Shown: positions 14,386-30,639 of the stretch, one piece after another
Position numbering within the stretch: position 1 is the first letter of the stretch
How the letters are laid out: each line of letters opens with the position of its first letter
From: the human T2T-CHM13v2.0 reference genome, Homo sapiens
Assembly: GCF_009914755.1 (NCBI RefSeq)
Contig: NC_060928.1
Strand: one strand, 5' to 3'
DNA length: 64,000 nt
Translations under genes and position numbers: made by a program
The notes under the pieces: generated by a model
Seen by the model: the letters and a program-made list of their open reading frames with translations, nothing else
What the model was told of the DNA's origin: nothing
Databases searched by the model: none

Positions 14386-16693
14386 CTAGAAAAGAGATTT
14401 TCCAAGTCTAAAGTTATTCATTTTCACAAATATTTCAATTAAATAATCTTCCTAGTGAAGAACATAGTATGTAATGCACATACAGGTAATACAGATATGA
14501 GGTGACAAACTCAAATAGGATACAAAACTTTGTACCTAGTAATGATAAGGTACAAGAAAATATAACAAATACCATGATGACAAAAATACTATACGTACAA
14601 ACAGTGGATACACTGACCCCTTCTAACACAGAAGGAACAAAGGGACTCTGACAAGTGACAATATTTATGGATAAAACTCTTTGGGAGCAAAGGAAACAGC
14701 ATAATGAAAAGCATGTAAGATGTAGAGCTTAGTAAGCACATAGGCTTTTAAAATTAACTCTTAAGTTTTACTGTTAGGTACCCTAAAAGATAATAATATA
14801 ATTTTCCAAGATTAGGAACCCAGAGAGTGAAAAGATTCTATGGAGATAGCATTGCAAAGCAATTATCAACAAAGCGTTGTTTCAAGTGCCTTTGAAGTGT
14901 TAGCTGTTAGGGTGGCAATAATGATGATGGTGGCAGTGGTATTGCTGATGATATAGTGGCTCCTTTAATTCTTATAATATTTCTATGGGGGAAGTATCAT
15001 TAGTAACCACTTTATATATGATGAAACTGGGACAGACAAAGTAACTTGCTTACTGCTGTCCAGTTAGATAATTGTAGAACTTACATATAAAGCCAAGACT
15101 GTCTGGCTCCAAAGCTCATACATTTTTACTACATGATACAGAATTTACCAACAAAATAATTTAAAAGAGTAAAGACTGATAAACTATCAAGAGATAATTT
15201 CAACTGAGGATGAATAAATAAAAATTTGCCTAAAGTAATAGGTTAGTCTGGATCCTCTCAGAATCAGCGTGTTGTGATTGTATCTGTATGATTAGTGAGA
15301 TTAGATTGTATCTGTATGATTAGTGAGATTTCTTCCAGTAGGCTTTAGGGAAAAGGGTGCAGAAATACTTTTTCTATTTTCACTGTCCCTATCCTACCCT
15401 GATAGCAAAACACTTCCTGTCTGTTTAAGGGAGGGAAATCAGTAATTACACAAAATTCCACGTAATTACTGACAGGGTCAAGATTCAGCTACCAAAACTG
15501 CCAATCTTCTATGAAGTTTACTGAATTACAACTTTACTCTTCTCTATATTTTTATAGATTGACAAAACGGGCAGTGGTGTCACAAGAGGCTTCCTTCTGA
15601 TAGGCCACCCCTAAAATCAGTTTATTTTGCCCTTTATTTATACTTCACCCTATGTAGATTACTCATGCTATAAAATTAGAAGCATCAAAAATCATTCTTT
15701 CCCACTTCCTATCATATTCTCAAAGTATCACCAAATAAGTCGAGTGGTAGTTACCTGTCAATTTCTTTGAAGTATTAATATTAACCTTCAAAGACCCTGT
15801 AGTAACTGTATCCAAGTCAGTAATTATTAGTACTCGGAGTACTTACTTTCTGCAGATTATAGAAATAGGCTTTAAAAAAAATTGTCCTTACAGAGCTTCA
15901 ATTTAACAGGGGAAACATACTATTCACCTTAAACAATGAAACAACACATTTGCCAATGAAAAATTCTTAATAAGAGGAAATGAAGTAAAGAAATCTGTAA
16001 CAACTACATATTATTCCCTTCGGCCCTTCAAACAGTAGCTGGCAGAATACAATTAATGCTTTCTCACCACCAAAAATATTTCTGATTATCACAAGGTTAG
16101 ATATGAATATTCCTCAATGTAAAAGCTCTTATGTATCATCAAGGTATACAAAAATCCCTGCAATTTCTCAGACTCCTGTTAATCACTACTTCAAAATATA
16201 CATTTTAACAATGCTGAGAGAAACACGAGTCAGGTTTACTAAATGCCCACCCCTCACCCTCACTTCCTTTTCTAATTCATCCTCCTTCTTAGCATTTTCT
16301 TTTCTCAGAGAAATAAAGACAAATACTTTACTTCTCAAGGAACTGCAAATTATATAGCCTTTTATTTGAAAAGATCTAGCAATGTCAAAAGTATGAATAA
16401 AAACCTTACTATTAGCTTAGTTCTCTTTAATCCGTGACAAACTCCTGTTTTGATAGTAAAAACCTCCCCCATATTTATTTGTTTAAGAAACTGTGCTAGA
16501 TGCCATGAACAAATTTCTGAATTACATGGGCACTCTAAAAATTAAAGTAATAAGACACTTAGAAAAAAAATCAATGTTTTTCTATCTAGCTCTAAAATGA
16601 AGATTATTTGAACTGAAATGAATCACCAGAGGTCAATCACTTCATTGTACTATGTAAAGGAATAATTTATAACCCATTTCTCAATAACCATAC

Positions 16694-16837
16694 CTCTGAG
16701 GAAAGTTCACTTTCATTAACATCAATTTCTTCTGAATTTTCTTCAAAGTCTTCCGTCTCAACATCATCATCCATAAATTCTGCATTAATTGAGATGAACA
16801 GAAGACCCAAACATAGCCAAAAGGCTTGGAAATGCAT
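16694..16837 (-). CDS. CLGN: Calmegin exon 2 coding part (exon 16694-16846), aa 1-48: signal peptide plus acidic N-terminus
   Basis: acag|ATAATCAAT ATG CAT TTC... translates [48 protein letters not shown], then donor GAG|gtatgg; 144 nt, phase 0. Confidence 0.97.
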
Positions 16838-17244
16838 ATTGATTATCTGTGAAATTAAAAGTAATTAGTGAAAATAAAACAAAATTGTGAAAATAAGTGT
16901 TAAGTATATGTAGAAATAAATAATTTCTCCATAATAGCTCCTTTATTCTAGGATGGCTTTTAAAACAAATCACTGACAAAATTATTTAAATTGTGCTTTG
17001 AGCAAGTGAAAATACAAACTTCAAATCTTGTAGGAAACAGATTCTATAGCTGCAGGCCTTCATCCAAAAACAAAGAGCCAATGGCACAAAATCTAAAGAT
17101 GGGGGGAGGAGCCAAGATGGCCGAATAGGAACAGCTCCCGTCTACAGCTCCCAGTGTGAGCGACGCAGAAGACGGGTGATTTCTGCATTTCCATCTGAGG
17201 TACTGGGTTCATCTCACTAGGGAGTGCCAGACAGTGGGCGCAGG

Positions 17245-17553
17245 TCAGTGGGTGCGTGCACCGTGCGTGAGCCGAAGCAGGGCGAGGCATTGCCTCACTC
17301 GGGAAGCACAAGGGGTCAGGGAGTTCCCTTTCCGAGTCAAAGAAAGGGGTGACGGACGGCACCTGGAAAATCGGGTCACTCCCACCGGAATACTGCGCTT
17401 TTCCAACAGGCTTAAAAAACGGCGCACCACGAGATTATATCCCGCACCTGGCTTGGAGGGTCTTACACCCACGGAGTCTCGCTGATTAATAGCACAGCAG
17501 TCTGAGATCAAACTGCAAGGCGGCAGCGAGGCTGGGGGAGGGGCGCCCGCCAT
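17245..17553 (-). CDS. L1 ORF0 (antisense 5'UTR ORF), open for 102 aa
   Basis: ATG at 17553 in GCAATGG context; MAGAPPPASLPPCSLISDCC...GVTRFSR matches primate ORF0; donors CCAG|GTGCGG (after 17448) and CCAG|GTGCCG (after 17363). Confidence 0.75.
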   Translation of the reverse strand: MAGAPPPASLPPCSLISDCCAINQRDSVGVRPSKPGAGYNLVVRRFLSLLEKRSIPVGVTRFSRCRPSPLSLTRKGNSLTPCASRVRQCLALLRLTHGARTH

Positions 17554-18001
17554 TGCCCAGGCTTGATTAGGTAAACAAGGCAGCCTGGAAGCTCGAACTG
17601 GGCGGAGCCCACCACAGCTCAAGGAGGCCTGCCTGCCTCTGTAGGCTCCACCTCTGGGGGCAGGGCACAGACAAACAAAAAGATAGCAGTAACCTCTGCA
17701 GACTTAAACGTCCCTGTCTGACAGCTTTGAAGAGAGCAGTGGTTCTCCCAGCACGCAGCTGGAGATCTGAGAACGGGCAGACTGCCTCCTCAAGTGGGTC
17801 CCTGACCCCTGAGCAGCCTAACTGGGAGGCACCCCCCAGCAGGGGCACACTGACACCTCACACGGCAGGGTATTCCAACAGACCTGCAGTTGAGGGTCCT
17901 GTCTGTTAGAAGGAAAACTAACAAACAGAAAGGACATCCACGCCAGAAACCCATCTGTACATCACCATCATCAAAGACCAAAAGTAGATAAAACCACAAA
18001 G

Positions 18002-19018
18002 ATGGGGGGAAAACAGAACAGAAAAACTGGAAACTCTAAAAAGCAGAGCGCCTCTCCTCCTCCAAAGGAATGCAGTTCCTCACCAGCAACGGAACAAAGC
18101 TGGATGGAGAATGACTTTGACGAGCTGAGAGAAGAAGGCTTCAGACGATCAAATTACTCTGAGCTATGGGAGGACATTCAAACCAAAGGCAAAAAAGTTG
18201 AAAACTTTGAAAAAAATTTAGCAGAATGTATAACTAGAATAACCAATACAGAGAAGTGCTTAAAGGAGCTGATGGAGCTGAAAACCAAGGCTCGAGAACT
18301 ACGTGAAGAATGCAGAAGCCTCAGGAGCCGATGCGATCAACTGGAAGAAAAGGTATCAGCGATGGAAGATGAAATGAATGAAATGAAGCGAGAAGGGAAG
18401 TTTAGAGAAAAAAGAATAAAAAGAAATGAGCAAAGCCTCCAAGAAATATGGGACTATGTGAAAAGACCAAATCTACGTCTGATTGGTGTACCTGAAAGTG
18501 ATGGGGAGAATGGAACCAAGTTGGAAAACACTCTGCAGGATATTATCCAGGAGAACTTCCCCAATCTAGCAAGGCAGGCCAACGTTCAGATTCAGGAAAT
18601 ACAGAGAACGCCACAAAGATACTCTTCGAGAAGAGCAACTCCAAGACACATAACTGTCAGATTCACCAAAGTTGAAATGAAGGAAAAAATGTTAAGGGCA
18701 GCCAGAGAGAAAGGTCGGGTTACCCTCAAAGGGAAGCCCATCAGACTAACAGCGGATCTCTCAGCAGAAACCCTACAAGCCAGAAGAGAGTGGGGGCCAA
18801 TATTCAACATTCTTAAAGACAAGAATTTTCAACCCAGAATTTCATATCCAGCCAAACTAAGCTTCATAAGTGAAGGAGAAATAAAATACTTTACAGACAA
18901 ACAAATGCTGAGAGATTTTGTCACCACCAGGCCTGCCCTACAAGAGCTCCTGAAGGAAGCGCTAAACATGGAAAGGAACAACAGGTACCAGCTGCTGCAA
19001 AATCATGCCAAAATGTAA
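18002..19018 (+). CDS. L1 ORF1p, intact, 338 aa
   Basis: Full-length ORF MGGKQNRKTGNSK...NHAKM; REKG, ARR and YPAKLS motifs retained. Confidence 0.95.
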   Translation: MGGKQNRKTGNSKKQSASPPPKECSSSPATEQSWMENDFDELREEGFRRSNYSELWEDIQTKGKKVENFEKNLAECITRITNTEKCLKELMELKTKARELREECRSLRSRCDQLEEKVSAMEDEMNEMKREGKFREKRIKRNEQSLQEIWDYVKRPNLRLIGVPESDGENGTKLENTLQDIIQENFPNLARQANVQIQEIQRTPQRYSSRRATPRHITVRFTKVEMKEKMLRAAREKGRVTLKGKPIRLTADLSAETLQARREWGPIFNILKDKNFQPRISYPAKLSFISEGEIKYFTDKQMLRDFVTTRPALQELLKEALNMERNNRYQLLQNHAKM

Positions 19019-19081
19019 AGGCCATCAAGACTAGGAAGAAACTGCATCAACTAACGAGCAAAATAACCAGCTAACATCATA

Positions 19082-22908
<3,827 letters not shown>

Positions 22909-24614
22909 ACAATGAGATCACATGGACACAGGAAGGGGAATATCACACTCTGGGGACTGTTGTGGGGTGGGGGAACGGGGGAGGGATAGCATTGGGAGAT
23001 ATACCTAATGCTAGATAACGAGTTAGTGGGTGCAGTGCACCAGTATGGCACATGTATACATATGTAACTAACCTGCACAATGTGCACATGTACCCTAAAA
23101 CTTAAAGTATAATAAAAAAAAAATCTAAAGATAAAGATGATAGTAGTTATCAAACACAAATAATATGTAGACCTCTTTAAAAGTATCATGATTCCTAAAT
23201 GTTCACTGAAATTGTTTTTATTATAATGTTGCTTAAGTGTATATAAACATAAAAATGGAAATTTTATAATTATAAAACCAAAATACATTTATATATAAAT
23301 GCTGAGAAAAGATACAAAAATTTTTTTATCACAAATTTAATGTGGTAGAGTTTTACTAAAATCAAAGCACATTCAAAAGATCAAACAAATATAGGGCTTA
23401 TTGTAATCAGGTAGACTGCTATGGAGAAAGTTCTTTTGCATATATAATTCCTATAATTCCACAATTACATAATTACTTATATATTTATGGACAAAGACAA
23501 AAATGATGGGTGCTGTCATTAACTAGGATTTGATCTCTCTAAATCACAAAAGAGGTATAACTGGGATAGGAAGTAAATGTAAAGGGATCAATTTGACACA
23601 ATGAAATAGGCTTATTTCCTTAATTTCCTAGTTACTGGCACAGAAATTTGTATATCTGCAAATTGCTTATTAATTGTGAACTCTAAAAGCTTCATTGTTC
23701 TAAAAGCCTAAGGGCCTTCCATGTTACATAGTAAAAGGCACTTTGCTTGACTGGCTATTAATCATTTTTGAGCAAAATAAAAACACATAAAATAATACTA
23801 CTAATAATGAACATTAATATAACTTTAGACCCATATCCTCTCTTTCAAATGAATGTACACTTTAGGTTCCAAATAATTAATTTGTTGAAAAAAAAACATT
23901 CTAAGTGCTTTGTTTGAGCTCTGGTGTACTGGGCTGCCAAGAAAGAGTTAAGAGGAAGCCAAGCAGGTAGTGCTCTATCTGGAACTCTACCCTTAACTCA
24001 ACCAGAGCACCCCAGTTTTATTTGTATTCTATATTATAGTTTTTCCTGACTTTTCCTTAGAAATAGTTGCCAATGCTTCAGAAAACAGTTCAGAAAACAC
24101 TTTATCTTGAAAGTTTGTTTCTTCTTTAAAATTCTATGATCTTATATTTACATCAAAGAACTAGCTAATTTAATCTTTACAGCCCAGGACATGAATAGCG
24201 TAGGTACTATTCCTAATCAACAAAACAAAAACAGAGAGTTTTAAAGAACTGCAATTGGTTAGAAGGCATTCTGTAGACAATGCAGTTCTATTGTTTTTAT
24301 TTGTTCTTTTTTTTTAAAAAAAAAATCAGAAATACAGACTTAATACTTTCTGCGTAATGCTGCAGTATCCTATCATTCTTCAGTGCTGCACCAGCTGACA
24401 ATTGAGAATTAGATACTGAAGTTCACAGTCTTGAAATCTGTCTCACAATGGTGCCAACATGTTATTAAGTTCCAAACAAAACTATGAGGTTTGTGACATC
24501 TCATTTCTTAGAGAGAGGTATGCTATTGACAAGTCTGTACTGAAACTCTGAGAGGTCAGATGCTGGGGTAATACTACAAGAAAATGAAGTAGTTAATTTA
24601 TGCATTTAAAATTG

Positions 24615-27600
24615 TTTTAAATCACGTGGTAAAACATTCTCATTGTTGTACAACTAATTTCCAAAACTTTCTTCATGCTCTAAAACTAAAACGCTATACA
24701 CTTTTAACAACTCCCCACTACCCTTCCCTCCAGCCCCTGGAAACCATCTTTCTAATATCTATCTCTATGATTTTGACTACTCTAGGTACTGCATATAAGT
24801 GGAATCATACAGTATTGGTCTTTCTGTAACTGGCTTATTTTACTTAGCATAATGCCCTGAAGCTTCATCCATGTTGTAGCATGTATCAAATTTCCTTCCT
24901 TTTTAAAGCTGGACAGTATTCCATTGTGTGTATACACCACATTTTGTTTATACATTCATCTGTCAGTGGACACTTGGGTTGCTTCCACCTGTTGGCTGTT
25001 GTGAATAATCCTACAATGAATATGGGTATACAAATAACTCTTTGAGACCTTGTTTTCAATTCTTTTGAGTATATACCCATAAGTTGAATTGCTTGGTCAT
25101 ATGATAATTCTATTTTTTTTTGAATCCTCATACTGTTTTCCACAGTGGCTTTACCATTTTACCTTCCCACCAACAAGGCACAAGGGTTCCAATTTCTACA
25201 CATCCTTGCCAACATTTGTTCAAAATTATGTTTTTTTAAATAGTAGTCATTGTAATAGGTCCTAATATGGCGTAGTATCATATTGTGGTTTGATTTGCAT
25301 TTCCCTGATGATTAGTGATACTGAGTATCTTTTCATGTGCTTGTTGGCTATTTATACATTCTTCAAGGGAAACATGTCTATTCAAGTCCTTTGCCTATTT
25401 AAAAAATCAGGTTTTGTTTTTGTTTTGAGTTGTAGGAGTTCCTACAAATTCTGGATACTGACCCCTTATCAAATATATGATTGGCAAATATTTTCTCCCA
25501 TTGCATAGGTTTTTCATTTTGTTGTGTTCTTTGATGCACAGAACTTTTTAATTTTGAGTTTTCCAATTTATATATTTTTTCTTTTGTTGTCTGTGCTTTT
25601 GGTGTCATATAAAAATTACTGGCAAATTCAATGTCATGAAGCTTTCCATGTTTTCTTTTAACAGTTTTATAGTTTTCTTATGTTTAAGTCTTCAATCCAT
25701 TTCGAGTTAATTTTTGTCTATGATTTAAGGTAAGGTTACAACCTCATTCTTTTGCATGTGGATAGCCAGTTTCCCCAATATCATCTCATGAGAAGACTGT
25801 CCTTTCTCACAAAATGGTCTTGGCACTTTTATAAAAAAAATTTGAACATATATGTGGGAATTTATTACTAGGCTCTTTATTGTATCCCATTGATATATAT
25901 GTCTGTCTTTATGCCAGTCTCACACTGATTTGATTACTATAGCTTTGTAATAAGTTTTGAAACAGAGATGTGAGATTTCCAAACTTATTCTTTCCCAAGA
26001 TTGTTCTGGCTATTTGGGGTCCCTTGAGATTCTATATGAATTTTACTATTCTTGCAAAAAGTGCTATTAGGATTATGACAGGGATTGCACTGAATCTGTA
26101 GATTACTTTGGGTTGTGTTTCCATCTTATTAAGTCTTCCAATCCCAATGAACACAATGTCTTTCCATTGATTAATATTTGTTTCTTAATTTCTTTCAGCA
26201 GCATTTCATAATTTTTCATGTACAAGTATTTTACTTCCTTGATTTATTCCTAAGTATTTTATTCTTTTTTATGTTGTTATAAATGGAATTGTTTTCTTAA
26301 TTTCCTGTTCATTGTTAGTATACAGAAGTGCAACTAATTTTTGTGTGCTAGTTTTTTTACCCTGCAACTTTAGTGAATTCATTTGTTTGTTTTTTGAGAT
26401 GGGATCTCACTCTGTTACCCAGGCTGGAGTGCAGTGGCACCATCATGGCCCATTGCAGCCTTGAACTCCTGGACTCAGGTGATCCTCCACTTCAGCCTCT
26501 CGAGTAGCTGGGACTACAGGCAAGCATCACCATGCCCAGCTAATGTTCTGTATTTTTCTGTAGAGATGGTTTTTGCCATGTTGCGCAGGCTGGTCTTAAA
26601 CTCCTAGACTCAACTGATCTGGCTACCTTGGCCTCCAAAATTGCTGGGACTACAGGCATGAGCCACCATGCCTGGCCTTCATTTATTACTTCTAACAGAC
26701 TTTTGTATTGTGTTCGTGAAATCTTTAGGGTTTTGTACATACATATAAGATCATGTTATCTGCTGAGATAATTTTACTTCTTCCTTTTCAATTTGAATGT
26801 CTTTTTTCTTTCTTTTTCTTCCCTAATTTCTCTGGCTCGGGAGAAGTGGAAAAAGCAGGCATCCTTGTCTTATTCTAGATCTTAAAGGAAAAGCTTTCAG
26901 TCTTTCACCATTTAGTCTGATGTTAACTGTGGGCTTTTCATATATGACCTTTACTATGTTGAGGTGGTTTCCTTCTATTCCTAGTGTACTGAGTGTTTTT
27001 TATTATGAAAGAGTGTTGAATCATGTCAAATGCTTTTTCTGCATGAATAAAGATGATCATGTGTTCTCCCCTCCCTACATTGTAAATGTGGCATGGTACA
27101 CTGATTTTCTTATGTTGAATCATCCTTGAATTTTAGGAATAAATCCAACATGGTCATAGTATATAACTCTTTTAATATGCAGCTGAATTTTGTTGTCAAG
27201 TATTTTGTTAAGAATTTCTGCATCAATAATCATCTGGAATATTGCTCTGTAGTTTTCTTGTAGTGTCTTTGGCTTTGATAACAGGGTTATGCTGGCTTCA
27301 TAGAATGAATCTGGAAGTGTTTACTCCTCTTCAATATTTCGGAAGAATTTGAGGAGGACTGGTGTTAATTCTTTCAATGTTTGGTAGAACTCACCAGTGA
27401 AGCCACCTAGTCCTGGGCTTTTATCTGCTGGGAAGTTTTTGTTTACTGATTCAATCTCCTTACCAGTTACAGGTCTGTTCAGATTTTCTACTTCTTCATG
27501 ATTAATCTTGATAGAGTGTGTGTTTCTAAGAATGTATCCATTTAATCTAGGTTATCCAATTTGTTGCCATACAATCCTTCAGCGTATTCTCTTATAATCC

Positions 27601-28330
27601 CTCTTATTTCTGTAGAATCAGATGTAATGTCCTTTCATTACCAATTTTAGTTATTTGAGTCTTCTCTCATTTTTCTTAATCTAACTAAAGGTTTGTTAAT
27701 TTTTTTGTTGACCTTTTCGAAGAATTAACTCTTGATTTCACTTGTTTTCTCTCTTGTTTTTCTATTTTCTATTTTGTTTCTCTCTGCTCTAATCTTTATT
27801 ATTTCCCTCTTTCTTCTAACTTTTGGGTTTCATTTGCTCTTTTTCTAGTTCCTCAAGGTGTAAGTTAGGTTGTTAACTTGAGATCTTTTGTTTTTCATGT
27901 AAGTGCTTAAAGCTATAAATTTCCCTTTTAACACTGCTTTCACTGTATCCCATAAGTTTTGGTATCTTTTGTTCTCCTTTTCATTTGTCTCAAGATGTTT
28001 TTCTAACTTTTCTTGAGACTTATTTGGCTCATTGTTCAAGAGTGTGCTGTTTAATTTCCACATATTTGTGAATTTTTCTTGTTTTCCTTCTACTATTGAT
28101 TTCTAGTTCCTTTCCTTTGTGTTCAGAAAACTTACTTTGTATGATTTCAATCTTTTAAAATTCATTAAGACTTGTTTTGTGGTCTAATATGGTCTATCCT
28201 GGAGAATGTTCTATGTGCAGTTAAGAAAAATGTGTGTTCTGCTATTGTTGGGTACAGTGTTGTCCATATGTTTATTATGTTTAGTTGGCTTGTGGTGTTA
28301 TCTATTTCTTTATTGATCTGTATGGTTGTT
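24615..28330 (-). mobile_element. Old mammalian L1 (L1MA/L1MB-like): 3'UTR plus ORF2
   Basis: Minus-strand ORF2 remnants (WKQPKCP...MWCIHTMEY; HAEKAFD; YQNLWDTVKAVLKGKFIAL); interrupted by an Alu. Confidence 0.88.
26385..26677 (-). mobile_element. AluJ-type SINE nested in L1
   Basis: Diverged Alu dimer in reverse orientation. Confidence 0.87.
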
Positions 28331-29187
28331 TAAGTTATATAATTTTAGTACAGCAAGAATTTGTTTATATGGTATAGGGTAGAACATTTAGTGCTAATGT
28401 CACCCTCTTCCCTCCTTATAAATTAAAAGGTAGCATGCCCAGGGTTCCAAGCTTCTTATGTATTCCTCACTCCATGAGGCTTGCTGAGATCACTAAATAT
28501 CAGTTGTGCCTTCATAAGAAGGGAGGCACTGAAGAACTACATCCTTCTGCACCAACACGTATCTTTGATCTCATGTATGTTCTCTGCACTGCTTCTGTGG
28601 TAGTTCAATAACAAATTGAAGCACAAGTAACTTTATCCATGAATGAGATACCATTCTTCCCAATCTTTGAAATCTAGATCAAGTAGTCTGGTCTACTTTA
28701 AATAATTACACCAATATCTCCTAAAAACCCTACTGGATCTCCACTACCACCCCCAAATTACAAATTATAAAGTGCAGCTCATGTACTGGTATTGAAGTAA
28801 TGCTCACTGTCACATCAAAGGTAAGTAAGGCACACAAAGAAAAGACAATCACAGGATATGCAATATGTGTTGTAAAGTGTGGGAGAAGTTGCTGGCTGAT
28901 CACAAGGGTAATTTCCTTGGCACTAGATGTGACCATTACCTGGTTCCAGCCAACAGAATGTAAATAGAAGACCTGTATGCCATTGTCAGCCCTTGCCCAT
29001 AAAAACTTCCTATAATTATGAATTATAATTCTTTATGATCTTTCCCCTTCTGGTTTGATGCAAGCAATTTTGAAGGTCATGGTTGAAAACGGCAAAATTC
29101 CAAGGTAGAAAGTTGCAGAATCCCTGAATCATTACTTGGAGGAGAGTCATTTTATTAGTCAGAGTTCATCAGAGAAGCAGAATCAAT

Positions 29188-29189
<2 letters not shown>

Positions 29190-29236
<47 letters not shown>
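29190..29236. repeat. (TG)n microsatellite, preceded by a short MLT2-like LTR end
   Basis: Perfect GT run of about 46 bp after tattagtcagagttcatcagagaagcagaa. Confidence 0.9.
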
Positions 29237-29238
<2 letters not shown>

Positions 29239-29241
29239 ATA

Positions 29242-29717
<476 letters not shown>

Positions 29718-30467
29718 TAACACACTTTTTGTACATGCTATTTCTTATAACTGCGATGCCTTTCTGCTGTTATTCAGTTTTAATGGCTGACTGAGGATCC
29801 GACCAACACTGGTATATTCCAGAAGTGGTGTTTGACAGTCACCTATTACTTAAAGTTTTAGTTGTCATGTGGCTTCAGGAATGCAATGTAGAATGATATA
29901 ATAAAAAGTACACCCAACATGGCACAATCGCACCAAGTTTCTAGTTTTATTATTAAAAAGACAAGTGATAAAAACTGCTGTGGGCCTGTTTTCTCATTTG
30001 TGACGTGAACTAGACAATCCAAAGATTCTTTAAAGTTCATAATTCTAGTTTTCTATTTAAAAACACCAGTATTTATTAGGTACTTAAAAAGTACTACAGC
30101 TAACTTACAACACTTCAATTTCTAGACAAATGCATCAACATACTTACATCATTTACACACAATAATTAACCTTATCAACTAGCTAAGACAGAGAGTACAG
30201 AATATCTTGTTCTGAGGATTTGGAGATGAGATCTAAATGTTACTGGAAGATCAAACCAATAAGACGTGAAGGCAAAACTCCAAACTGAAAACAGGTCAAA
30301 CTTACAATGACCCAAAGGAGGGCTACCTCGAGTGATGTCGACATTTGTAAAACAAGCAAAATCATCAGATGAGATCGGGATTTTGCCTGCTTTTAAGCAA
30401 CAAAAAGTTTATACGTTAATGAACTCTTTTCTAATTTGAGACTTCTTCCTGTGGCCACGTTATTTAC

Positions 30468-30551
30468 CTTTTCTCTCCCAGTCCTGAGCTTTGGTTGCCA
30501 TTTGCTTTTAACTCCCAAGCAAACACCTCCTCTTTGTTGCTTGGGCAGATG
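30468..30551 (-). other. CLGN: Candidate alternative (cassette) 5'UTR exon of CLGN, 84 nt
   Basis: Acceptor ctgattttatttatag|CATCTG and donor AAAG|gtaaat, in non-repetitive sequence about 750 bp into intron 1. Confidence 0.55.
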
Positions 30552-30639
30552 CTATAAATAAAATCAGCGAAAGTGTCTGATTGATGGTAAACAGGCCTGG
30601 GGCGATAATGAGTCTAGTAATTAGGGCCTCTCTGGATTC

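Noticed and set aside
17363-17553. In-frame ORF0-calmegin fusion through exon 2
   Set aside because: The ORF0 donors are phase 1 and phase 2 while exon 2 needs phase 0. In-frame fusion would require skipping to exon 5 or exon 4 and losing the signal peptide.
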